From positions 1 through 25,708 of the forward strand of contig JAWXBZ010000018.1 of assembly GCA_034440375.1 (NCBI GenBank): DNA of 25,708 bases, read 5' to 3'. This stretch comes from Candidatus Eiseniibacteriota bacterium (GTDB lineage Bacteria > Eisenbacteria > RBG-16-71-46 > JABDJR01 > JAWXBZ01). This document shows positions 9,131-16,709 of this stretch, piece by piece; the first letter of the stretch is position 1, and each line of letters opens with the position of its first letter. The position numbers and the translations under genes are program-made. The notes below the pieces were generated by a model. That model had not been told where the DNA came from. It worked only from the letters and a program-made list of their open reading frames with translations, and ran no database searches.

Positions 9131-9475
9131 ATCCGGATCGATGAGCGCCAGCAACCGTGCCGTCGCTTCCTGCACAACGTTTGGCGTCGCCCGGGAAATT
9201 CGTGTCGCCCTCCGGGCCCTCCAGTCCAGGCTCTTGATCTGATCGCACAGGACAACGCCTCCAATTCCGGCTTCGTCCGGCAGCGGCACTTCGAATGGAT
9301 ACTTCTTGACCTGCGACGTGACCGGACAAACCAGTGCCAGGCCAACCTTCCTGTTGTAGCTTTTTGGCGAAATCACCAGCGCCGGACGTCGCCCGGCCTG
9401 CTCGCTTCCCGCCTTCGGATCGAACTGAAGCCAGACCAGATCACCACGTTCCGGGACGTAGTTCGCCGCCATCAC
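9128..9475 (-). CDS. mazF: MazF/PemK-family endoribonuclease toxin
   Basis: YVPERGDLVWLQFDPKAGSEQAGRRPALVISPKSYN...CPVTSQVKKYPFEV...DQIKSLDWRAR; overlaps the antitoxin stop. Confidence 0.95.
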   Translation of the reverse strand: MMAANYVPERGDLVWLQFDPKAGSEQAGRRPALVISPKSYNRKVGLALVCPVTSQVKKYPFEVPLPDEAGIGGVVLCDQIKSLDWRARRATRISRATPNVVQEATARLLALIDPD

Positions 9476-9717
9476 CAGATCTCCCGGCCGATCGGATCAC
9501 TCGTATCGATTTCTTCGTGCCGGTTCTTCGTCGTCACCTTTTTCAGGAGATCGTCCAGGCGATATCGGCGATGTTTTGCCGGGCGAATCGTCAGGATCTC
9601 TCCGTCCACAGTGATGTCCACCGTAGAGCCCTCACCCACCCCCGCCTCCCGCGCGAACGAACTCGGGATGCGCAACCCCAGGCTGTTTCCCCATCTGCGA
9701 ATTTTGGTTTCCATCAT
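9472..9717 (-). CDS. mazE: MazE (AbrB-fold) antitoxin
   Basis: TKIRRWGNSLGLRIP N-terminus and YRLDDLL...HEEID..PIGREIW tail; SD GGGAGGAG supports a start at 9717 or 9714 rather than 9744. Confidence 0.93.
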   Translation of the reverse strand: MMETKIRRWGNSLGLRIPSSFAREAGVGEGSTVDITVDGEILTIRPAKHRRYRLDDLLKKVTTKNRHEEIDTSDPIGREIW

Positions 9718-9731
9718 CAGCTCCTCCCGTT

Positions 9732-9760
9732 CGGATGGATACACATTGAGTATACATCCG
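9732..9760. promoter_or_regulatory. mazEF operator palindrome overlapping a putative -10 (TATACT, minus strand 9749-9754)
   Basis: CGGATGGATACACA-T-TGAGTATACATCCG: 14-bp arms with 2 mismatches, directly upstream of the mazE SD. Confidence 0.7.
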
Positions 9761-9790
9761 GGGATGGCGTGACATACCCCCCCCTGCTTC

Positions 9791-11035
9791 CTACTTCGTC
9801 AACGACGGCGTCCTCAGGACGAACCCGTAACCGTCCTGTTCCAGCCGCCCCATCAGGCTGATCGACTTGCCGGCCACGACGGCCGAGTGACCGAAGCGGT
9901 CGCGGACACGGTCCAGGCTGGCGTACAGACGGTCGAGCCGCTGGCCGCGTTCCGGGTCGAACAGGTCCATCTGGCCGGCGCCGTCGATGAGAAAGTGCGA
10001 GAGCGCCATGCCGATGCCGTGCAGGCTTTCGCGCCGCGTGTGGAGGCGGCCCAGGAGATCCCGCGCCAGTTCGAATATCTCCTCATCGCGATCGGATGCG
10101 GCACAGAGCCGGCGGCTCATGGCCGGGCTGCCGGAATCGGTGTAGCGGATCTTCACCTGAACGGTCCGGGCTTTCAAGCCGAGTTGACGCGCCGTCTTCA
10201 CGCCCCGTTCCGTCAGGTAGTAGAGCATCCCGCTGATTTCGGCCGGGTCGATGGTGGCCTCGTGAAACGACGTCTCGCGGCTGATCGACTGCGGCACCTC
10301 GCGCACGATCACCGGCTGCGTGTCGCGCCCGCGACAACGTTCGTACAGGAACCGCCCCGGCTCGCCGAACAGCGTGGTGAGATGATCGATCGACAGGACC
10401 CGCAGCCCCTCGATCGTCCGGATGTTCAGCCGCCGGAGCACCTCCGAGGTGGCGCGCCCGACGCCCGGCAACTTGTCGATCGGCAGCGCCCGGATGAACG
10501 GATCTTCCATGCCCGCCGCCACCTGAAAGAGCCCGTCCGGCTTGACCGACTTGGAAGCCATCTTGGCCACCATGCGACTCGATCCGATGCCGACGGTGAC
10601 ATCGAGGCCGGTCCGTTCGCGCACCAGGCGTTTCAACCGCCGCCCGGCCAGGAGGAAATCGCCGCCGTGCAGCCGTGCCGTGCCGGTCAGATCGCAGTAA
10701 GCCTCGTCGAGGTAGGCCTCCACCGCCGGCGAGAACTCCCGTGCCAGTTCGAAGATCCGTGCCGCGAAGGCCCGATAGGTCTTTTCGCACCCGTCGAGAA
10801 TGACGACGCCGGGACAGGCCCGCCGCGCCTCGGACAGCCGCTGCCCCGCGTAGCAGCCGAACCGTCGTGCCTCATACGAACAGGACGCAATGACCCCGTT
10901 TCCCACGATGACCGGCTTTCCCCGAAGCTTCGGGTTCCGCTGCTGCTCGATGGCCGCGAAGAAGGCGTCGATGTCGAGATGAAGGATGATCCTCCCGCCC
11001 GGCGGCGCCTCGTCGTCCACCCGTCCCTCATCCAT
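9791..11035 (-). CDS. dinB: Y-family DNA polymerase (Pol IV/DinB-like) with beta-clamp motif and RecA-NT-like C-terminal extension
   Basis: HLDIDAFFAAIEQ, SYEARRFG, LDEAYCD, AKMASKSVKPDGL, LPGVG, SISRETSF; clamp motif QMDLF, then LDRLYASLDRVRDRFGHSAV. Confidence 0.92.
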   Translation of the reverse strand: MDEGRVDDEAPPGGRIILHLDIDAFFAAIEQQRNPKLRGKPVIVGNGVIASCSYEARRFGCYAGQRLSEARRACPGVVILDGCEKTYRAFAARIFELAREFSPAVEAYLDEAYCDLTGTARLHGGDFLLAGRRLKRLVRERTGLDVTVGIGSSRMVAKMASKSVKPDGLFQVAAGMEDPFIRALPIDKLPGVGRATSEVLRRLNIRTIEGLRVLSIDHLTTLFGEPGRFLYERCRGRDTQPVIVREVPQSISRETSFHEATIDPAEISGMLYYLTERGVKTARQLGLKARTVQVKIRYTDSGSPAMSRRLCAASDRDEEIFELARDLLGRLHTRRESLHGIGMALSHFLIDGAGQMDLFDPERGQRLDRLYASLDRVRDRFGHSAVVAGKSISLMGRLEQDGYGFVLRTPSLTK

Positions 11036-11282
11036 CGAGCGTCACCGTCTCGAGCGTCCAGAGCATGTCGCCCGCGTGAAATTTGAGTTGAAAGAGATCG
11101 CCGTTGGTGGCCGTGACCGAAAAGTAGAGAAGCTTCTGCATCCCCTCGCGATCCTCCCAGCGGGCATTGACCGTCGACACGCGATAATCCTGGGACCCCC
11201 GCCGAAACAGGAGCGGCGTGATGCCCCCCCCCTGAAAATCGGCGCGGACTTTCACCGACTCGTCGATCCGTTCGACACGCAT
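11028..11282 (-). CDS. Small beta-rich protein, DUF6504/ImuB-C-terminal-like, overlapping the polymerase start
   Basis: Start refined to ATG 11282 (GGGAG SD), 84 aa. Pattern PLLFRRGSQDYRV..V.ARW...YFSV...NGDLFQL.F.....WTL; 8-bp overlap with dinB. Confidence 0.7.
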   Translation of the reverse strand: MRVERIDESVKVRADFQGGGITPLLFRRGSQDYRVSTVNARWEDREGMQKLLYFSVTATNGDLFQLKFHAGDMLWTLETVTLDG

Positions 11283-11383
11283 GACCGTTGACTCCCGTGC
11301 GCCCCGGAGCCGGCGGGTCGGAGGCGCTGCCTCATCAGGATGTAATTGGAGCGCGGGCGGGGACCGCGAATGGGACAATCAAT

Positions 11384-11412
11384 ATATTACTAAATATTTG
11401 AATAGTAATCAA
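11384..11412 (-). promoter_or_regulatory. sigma70-type promoter TTGATT-N17-TAATAT with operator palindrome ATTACTA-N10-TAGTAAT (11386-11409)
   Basis: The most AT-rich island in the window; exact 17-bp spacer; perfect 7-bp inverted repeat overlapping both hexamers. Confidence 0.65.
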
Positions 11413-11468
11413 GCCTTCTCATTATATATAGTTCGCAAATCCGGCCGGGCGCCGGGGAAGGGAAACGC

Positions 11469-11684
11469 ATGCCCACACTCCGAAACTCCAAAGACCGGGA
11501 TGCCATTCGCGAGCGGCTGGCCGGCATCACGCCTACGCACTCGCGGCGGTGGGGCATCATGAATGCCCACCAGATGATCTAGCGGCTGGAACCAAATCCC
11601 ATCTTCGGTAACCTGAGCGTCGACGAATGGGGCAAGCTCTCCTGGAAACATCTCGATCATCACTTGAGGCAGTTCGGGGCGTAG
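11469..11684 (+). pseudogene. DUF1569-like (DinB superfamily) pseudogene with central deletion and in-frame TAG
   Basis: Translates MPTLRNSKDRDAIRERLAGITPTHSRRWGIMNAHQMI*RLEPNPIFGNLSVDEWGKLSWKHLDHHLRQFGA*. Both ends match the family termini (WGxM..QM; FG.L...EWG....KHLDHHLRQFG), with TAG at 11580-11582. Not in the ORF track. Confidence 0.8.
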
Positions 11685-11709
11685 CCCGTCCAACCGACAG
11701 CAGGCCACC

Positions 11710-12174
11710 ATGTCCATGCCGAAACCAACCGAAGCGCACCAGAAGCTGGCCAAGCTCGCCGGCAGGTGGCGCGGCATCGAGAAATTGCATCCGTCGCCGT
11801 TCGATCCGGCCGGCGGAGAGGCTGAAGGGCGCGTTGACAACCGGCTGGCACTGGACGGCTGGATCGTCCTGCAGGAGTACGAGCAGGAACGGAGCGGCGC
11901 GGTCAACTTCAAGGGGCACGGCGTCTTCAGTTTCGATCCGGGGCGTGGCGTGCCTGTCATGACCTGGTGGGATTCGTTCAGCGGGGTGGCCAACGAGTAC
12001 GCGGGTGACTGGCAGGGGGATGTCCTGACGCTGAATGCGAAGACACCATACGGCCATAGTCGGGCCACCTTCGATCTGTCGAACGCGGGAGAGTACGGCT
12101 TCAAGATGGAGGTCAGTCCGGATGGCAGCCAGTGGTTCCCGTTCATGGAAGGCCAGTACCGGAGGATCGACTGA
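11710..12174 (+). CDS. DUF1579-family protein
   Basis: MPKPTEAHQKLAKLAGRWRG...LDGWIVLQEY...FKGHGVFSFDP...WWDS...FMEGQYRR pattern. Confidence 0.75.
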   Translation: MSMPKPTEAHQKLAKLAGRWRGIEKLHPSPFDPAGGEAEGRVDNRLALDGWIVLQEYEQERSGAVNFKGHGVFSFDPGRGVPVMTWWDSFSGVANEYAGDWQGDVLTLNAKTPYGHSRATFDLSNAGEYGFKMEVSPDGSQWFPFMEGQYRRID

Positions 12175-12232
12175 CCATGGCCATCCACCCCGACCCGGAC
12201 AACAACCCGGTCGATCGGATCGCGCCGCCGGT

Positions 12233-12634
12233 TTAGACCACGCCGCCAGCCGGCTCGAAGAGCGCCGCCACGGCCCCGGCCGGATCCTGGATGACGCAAT
12301 AGCGCCCCATGCCGCCCATTTCCCTGGCCGGGCGGAGTATCGTGCCGCCCAACTCCTGGCAGCGGGCGATGGAGTGATCGAGGTTGGCCACGTTGATGTA
12401 GATGAGCCACTGTGCCGGCAGTCCGGCGTTGGCACCACGCGCATGACAGATGCCGGCCATGGGGTGCCCGCTTCGGGGTGATGACATGTTGAAGTCGTCA
12501 TACTCACCCATGGCCACCGGCTCACCCACCCATCCGACGACGTCCGTGTAGAACCGCCGGATATCCCCGGCGTCATTGACCGTCAGATCAATCCAGGTGA
12601 TGGCACCCTGTTCTGGTTTCGGGCTTTCGGACAT
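12233..12634 (-). CDS. VOC/glyoxalase-family protein
   Basis: GAITWIDLTV...FYTDVVGW...WLIYINVANLD...GG.IL...GRYCVIQDPAGAVAALFE; SD GGAGGGAG. Confidence 0.9.
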   Translation of the reverse strand: MSESPKPEQGAITWIDLTVNDAGDIRRFYTDVVGWVGEPVAMGEYDDFNMSSPRSGHPMAGICHARGANAGLPAQWLIYINVANLDHSIARCQELGGTILRPAREMGGMGRYCVIQDPAGAVAALFEPAGGVV

Positions 12635-12735
12635 CGACTCCCTCCGGCGGGATGGCCTATGATTTGGTTCCAGCGAGAGGACGAGCTTCCCGTGATTCGA
12701 GTTCGCTTTCCATGCCGATCAACTGGAGGATTCCG

Positions 12736-13115
12736 ATGACCCGGGTCACCGCGCTCGTCCGGGTGGCCTTCGCGGCCATCGTGATCATGCCGGTTGTGCT
12801 CTTGGTTCTCCCGGGAAAAGCACCCACCCGGGCGCAATCGCGACCGACCTCGCCGATGCCGGCGCCCACCGACAGTCTCGGCCGGGCCCGGGCCGCCATG
12901 GCCGCTGACGTGCTGGCCTCCACTGTCACGTTGTCGGCGAATGGGCCAGCGATGCGAAGACCCCGAAACTGGTAACCCGGCGGATGGCGGCCATGGTGGA
13001 CACGATCAACACTCGGCTCCTGGCCAACATCGAGGGGCTGAAAAGTGAGCGGGCGATGGTCAACTGCACGACCTGTCATCGCGGCCGGGTAAAACCGGCC
13101 CTTCACCTGAACTAG
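12736..13115 (+). pseudogene. Secreted di-heme c-type cytochrome (photosynthetic reaction-centre cytochrome-like family) pseudogene, frameshifted by internal deletion
   Basis: SD GGAGGA and ATG 12736 give a signal-peptide N-terminus in frame 1 up to ...ADVLAS. From about 12918, frame 3 reads LHCHVVGEWASDAKTPKLVTRRMAAMVDTIN...VNCTTCHRGRVKPALHLN*, with intact CTTCH at 13065-13079 and a truncated xxHCH. Confidence 0.78.
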
Positions 13116-13567
13116 TCTCCGAGCGACAGATCGTCGGATAGCTCGTTCCGATCTTTCTTGTGGCCGGGAAACTGTTTCGAGAGCACCTTTCCGATGTCTG
13201 TCACGGCTTCGGCCAGGCCGGCAGCGAACTCATCCTTCCGGAAGCGGGCGGCCAGTCGATCGCGGATGGCGTTCCAGCCGTCGCAACCCATCATGGCGTC
13301 AATTCCCTCATCGCCGAACACCGCGAACTCGTGATCGGTAAGCGACAGATAAATCAGGACTCCGTTCCGCTCGGCAGTGGCGTCCATCTTGAGGAGATGA
13401 AACAAGAGCCGGGCGGCCTCAAGCGCCGGACGACCGCACTTGCGGTCGATGCGGACGCGGATCTCGCCGGTCGTGTCTTTCTCCGACTGCGCAATGGCCT
13501 GGACCACCAGCTCGGACTCGGTGGCGGTCAGGAATGTCTTTGGATTGGTACCTCGATCGCGTGTCAT
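13112..13567 (-). CDS. TPM-domain (DUF477-like) protein
   Basis: FLT..E...VQAIAQSEKDTTGEIRV...TAERNGVLIYL....FAVFGDEGID...NELSD; start refined to ATG 13567, immediately after the upstream stop. Confidence 0.88.
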   Translation of the reverse strand: MTRDRGTNPKTFLTATESELVVQAIAQSEKDTTGEIRVRIDRKCGRPALEAARLLFHLLKMDATAERNGVLIYLSLTDHEFAVFGDEGIDAMMGCDGWNAIRDRLAARFRKDEFAAGLAEAVTDIGKVLSKQFPGHKKDRNELSDDLSLGD

Positions 13568-13568
13568 C

Positions 13569-14384
13569 TCACCAGCTCCCGCTCGCACCGCCGCCGCCGG
13601 AGTCGCCGCCACCGCCGGAAAATCCGCCGCCGCCGCTGAATCCACCCCCGAACCCGCCGAAACCGCCGCCACCCCATGGGTCACGATAGCGACGGCGGCC
13701 ATTGCCGGTCAGCTCGGAGCCGCCGTGACGGGCGCGAGCGCCGAGCATGTTGAATACGCTCAAGAGAATTACCGCGGCGATCAGGGCGATGAACAGGTTC
13801 GGTCCCCGCCCTTCCTCCGCCTGCCGCACGGGCTCCGCCCGCGCGGCATTTGGATCAGTGACCAGCTTTTCCACCTCGGCGAACACCGCACCCAATCCCT
13901 CGCCGTAGCGGCCGGTCTGAAATTGCGGCCGGAGATGGTCACGCAGAATGCGCGAAGAACGCGCATCGGTCAGGACCCCCTCCAGACCGTAGCCCACCTC
14001 AATCCGGGCGATCCGCTCGTCGAAGAAAAGCAGGAGAAGAATGCCGTCATTCTTCGTTCGATTGCCCAGCCGCCACTTCTCAAAGAGACGGTTCGACACG
14101 TCACTCAGATCATCGCCCTCGATGCTCTTGTAGATGGCCATGATCATCTGGTGGCCGGTGGCTCGCTCGAATCGGGTCAGCTGCTCCTCAAGGTAGGAGA
14201 GCGTGGCCGGGTCGATGACGCCGACCTTGTCGATAACCCGCTTCTCCGGAGCCGGCGGCAGGACGAATTCCGCCACCGCCGGGGCCGCACCGAGGACGAG
14301 TGCGAGGAGAATTGCGCTCGGCCAGAAGTACGGCCGAAGGCGAAACTGGCGAATCGGTGGAACGGGGCGCTTGGGAATCATCAT
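13569..14384 (-). CDS. TPM-domain membrane protein (YgcG-like) with Gly-rich tail
   Basis: Signal peptide, DGILLLL..DERIARIEVGYGLEGVLTD, TM helix, GGFSGGGGDSGGGGASGSW end; start refined to 14384 or 14381. Confidence 0.88.
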   Translation of the reverse strand: MMIPKRPVPPIRQFRLRPYFWPSAILLALVLGAAPAVAEFVLPPAPEKRVIDKVGVIDPATLSYLEEQLTRFERATGHQMIMAIYKSIEGDDLSDVSNRLFEKWRLGNRTKNDGILLLLFFDERIARIEVGYGLEGVLTDARSSRILRDHLRPQFQTGRYGEGLGAVFAEVEKLVTDPNAARAEPVRQAEEGRGPNLFIALIAAVILLSVFNMLGARARHGGSELTGNGRRRYRDPWGGGGFGGFGGGFSGGGGFSGGGGDSGGGGASGSW

Positions 14385-14397
14385 GATCGGCGGGTTG

Positions 14398-14991
14398 TCA
14401 AAACTTGACCGCGGGCGCCTTGTCCGAACCCGGTGCGGAGGCAAAGTAGGGCCGCGGCGCAAATCCGAACATGCCGGCCAGGAGCGAGGTCGGGAAGATG
14501 CGGATCTTCGTGTTGTAGGTCTGCGCCACCTGGTTGAAAGTGCGTCGCTCCACGGTGATCCGGTTTTCGGTTCCCTCGAGCTGGCTTTGAAGATCGAGGA
14601 AGTTCTGGTTGGCCTTGAGCTGCGGATAGTTTTCCGCCACGGCCAGCAGTCGGGAGAGCGCCGAGGTCATCTGCCCCTGGGCCGCCTCGAAATTCTTGAG
14701 CGCCTCGGGATCCTTGAGCATTTCCGGCGTCAGCTGGATCGATCCGACGCGAGCGCGCGCCTCGGCAACGGCGATGAATGTCTCCTGCTCAAAAGCCGCC
14801 GCCCCCTTCACCGTTTCGACCAGGTTGGGGATGAGATCGGCCCGGCGCTGATAAACATTTTCCACCTGCGCCCAGGCCTGGTTCACCCCTTCCTGACTGG
14901 ACACGAGGCCGTTGTACTGCCCCGAGAGCCAGCCACCGACAAGAACGAACAAACCAACGAGCACCAGCAGAACTACCAGGCCCTTTTTCAT
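14398..14991 (-). CDS. lemA: LemA-family protein
   Basis: YQRRADLIPNLVETVKG, ENYPQLKANQNFLDLQSQLEGTENRITVER, PAVKF end; SD GGAGG. Confidence 0.95.
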   Translation of the reverse strand: MKKGLVVLLVLVGLFVLVGGWLSGQYNGLVSSQEGVNQAWAQVENVYQRRADLIPNLVETVKGAAAFEQETFIAVAEARARVGSIQLTPEMLKDPEALKNFEAAQGQMTSALSRLLAVAENYPQLKANQNFLDLQSQLEGTENRITVERRTFNQVAQTYNTKIRIFPTSLLAGMFGFAPRPYFASAPGSDKAPAVKF

Positions 14992-15027
14992 GGGATCGTG
15001 CGCCTCCGTGTAGGGGAAGTAGCGGGT

Positions 15028-15627
15028 CTAGAAGTAAAACGTGACACCGGCGAGCGCATTCCAGCGGTCGTAATCGAATTCCTTCAGCTGGTCCTGCGTG
15101 CCCTGGTCAAGATTGCGATCGGCGTCGATGAATTCCCAGCGCATTTCACCGAATAGCCCGACCTTGTCCGAAGCCTCGTACTGGGCACCACCGCCGAGGA
15201 GCCAGCCGAAAGCCGTCTCGGAATCTTCGGTGATCTCGATGTTGTCACCATTATCGTAGGTGATGAAATTCCAGGAGACGCCGGCCGAAGCAAAGGGGCG
15301 AAACTTCGGCAATGGCAGGTAAAGCCGGGCCATGGCCGTCACCGGCGTATTCTTCGCCTTGTAGAAGCCGAGTTGCTCCCCGTCCGCATCGATCAGGATC
15401 AGGTCTTCCTCGAAAATGAAGTCGACGCCACCGATGAAGCCCAGGTTGTCGATCGGGCGGAACTCACCGTGAATTCCGGCGCGCCCGCTGCCGGATTCGG
15501 CATCCCCGGACTCGCCGTAGCCGCCGTGAAAGCCGAGCCCGAGGACAGAACGGGCCGACGCGGGATCGGAAACAGCAAGGAGAACTGCGCAGGTCAGAAA
15601 CTTGATCGGGGCTGCAAGATGACGCAT
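15028..15627 (-). CDS. Outer-membrane beta-barrel protein (8-stranded OmpA/OmpW-like)
   Basis: Start refined to ATG 15627 (AGGAGGA SD); signal peptide, amphipathic strands (FRPFASAGV, FGWLLGGGAQY), C-terminal GVTFYF BAM-type signal. Confidence 0.82.
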   Translation of the reverse strand: MRHLAAPIKFLTCAVLLAVSDPASARSVLGLGFHGGYGESGDAESGSGRAGIHGEFRPIDNLGFIGGVDFIFEEDLILIDADGEQLGFYKAKNTPVTAMARLYLPLPKFRPFASAGVSWNFITYDNGDNIEITEDSETAFGWLLGGGAQYEASDKVGLFGEMRWEFIDADRNLDQGTQDQLKEFDYDRWNALAGVTFYF

Positions 15628-15794
15628 TCGGACATCCTCCTGATGATTGGTCATGCCATGAATGGCCCACTGCCGGCATGGAACGCCGGGTGGCCGTGCG
15701 CGAGTTGTTTGTTGGCTAAGGAGTCTAACAGGAAGACGACCGGGTTCGGGAACACCCCAACGCCCCCCGATATCGGGTTAGTCCTGCTCGCCCC

Positions 15795-16691
15795 TCACCC
15801 TCGTCGCACGAACAACAGTGCCACACCGGCCACTGCCAGGACAGCGCCCAATACGGCCCGGCCGCCGACAGGTTCCTTTCGAACCAGCACGACAAGCGGC
15901 AGGATGAGGATCGGCACCGTCGACATCAGCGTGGCAGCTACGGCCGTGCCCGCATGACGCACGGCAACCAGGGACAGCCAGACCCCGAGTAACGGACCCA
16001 GGAGCGTGGCCCCGAGCGCCGCCAGCCGAACACCCGGATCGCGAAGAATTCGGGCCGGCGCGGCGAGTCGCCGGAGGACCACTGCGACGGCCCAGATCAC
16101 CAGGGCGGCGGCCACCATGCGTATGGCAACGGCCACCAGGGGATCCAGGTCTTCGCCCATGCCGCGACGCGCCAGAATCAGACCAACGGCCTGGCAAATC
16201 GCGGACAGGATTCCGAGCAGAATACCCTGCAGGCGATGGCCGGCCGGCATTGCTGTTGCCGGCCGATCGAGTATCACCCAGACGACGCCGGCCATCGTCA
16301 GGGCCATCCCGGCCATGCCAAACCGCCCAAGTTTTTCGTCCAGGAACAGCCACGCCAGCACCGCTGTGATGGGTGGAGTCAACGCCGACAGGAGGGTAGT
16401 CACCCTCGGCCCCAGTCGTGCCAGTGATCCGAAGTAGCCGGAGTCACCGATGACAAGGCCAACCAAACCGGACAGCACCAGCCATCCCATTGCCGGATCG
16501 CCCAGCGCCGGCACGGTGCGCGCCAGGCCGGTGACCAGCAGCAGGACGGTCAGGATCAGCGCCGCCAGCGTGATGCGGAACTGATTCAGCGCGAAAGCCC
16601 CGACCTGTTCCGTAACGTAGGCGAACAGCAGCGAGCCTACGGACCAGCAGGCAGCCGTCGCCAGCGCGGCGAGTTCACCAATCAAGATCAA
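15795..16691 (-). CDS. DMT/EamA-family transporter
   Basis: About 10 hydrophobic helices; GELAALATAACW, LSGLVGLVIGD, LFLDEKL, two-repeat architecture. Confidence 0.9.
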   Translation of the reverse strand: MILIGELAALATAACWSVGSLLFAYVTEQVGAFALNQFRITLAALILTVLLLVTGLARTVPALGDPAMGWLVLSGLVGLVIGDSGYFGSLARLGPRVTTLLSALTPPITAVLAWLFLDEKLGRFGMAGMALTMAGVVWVILDRPATAMPAGHRLQGILLGILSAICQAVGLILARRGMGEDLDPLVAVAIRMVAAALVIWAVAVVLRRLAAPARILRDPGVRLAALGATLLGPLLGVWLSLVAVRHAGTAVAATLMSTVPILILPLVVLVRKEPVGGRAVLGAVLAVAGVALLFVRRG

Positions 16692-16709
16692 TGCAGAGGG
16701 AGCGGGCGG

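Noticed and set aside
8557-9345. 262-aa extended DinB ORF, and extended starts at 11378, 13702, 14462, 18402 and 20732
   Set aside because: The extensions overlap neighbouring genes or promoters; SD position and family N-termini favour the shorter starts.
11320-11345. CTGATGAG on the minus strand in the PolY operon leader, resembling a hammerhead or fluoride-riboswitch core
   Set aside because: No GAAA after the stem and no fluoride-riboswitch 5' motif.
11580-11582. In-frame TAG as pyrrolysine or stop-codon reassignment
   Set aside because: TAG terminates several intact genes here (e.g. 1379, 25170), and the missing central region is better explained by a deletion junction.
12653-12667. sigma54-like TGGCCT-N5-TTGG upstream of the cytochrome pseudogene
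   Set aside because: The invariant -12 GC is absent.
13112-14991. lemA-TPM-TPM cluster and its Gly-rich repeat as a novel system
   Set aside because: A widespread conserved cluster; the GGC-rich repeats are simply the coding Gly tail.
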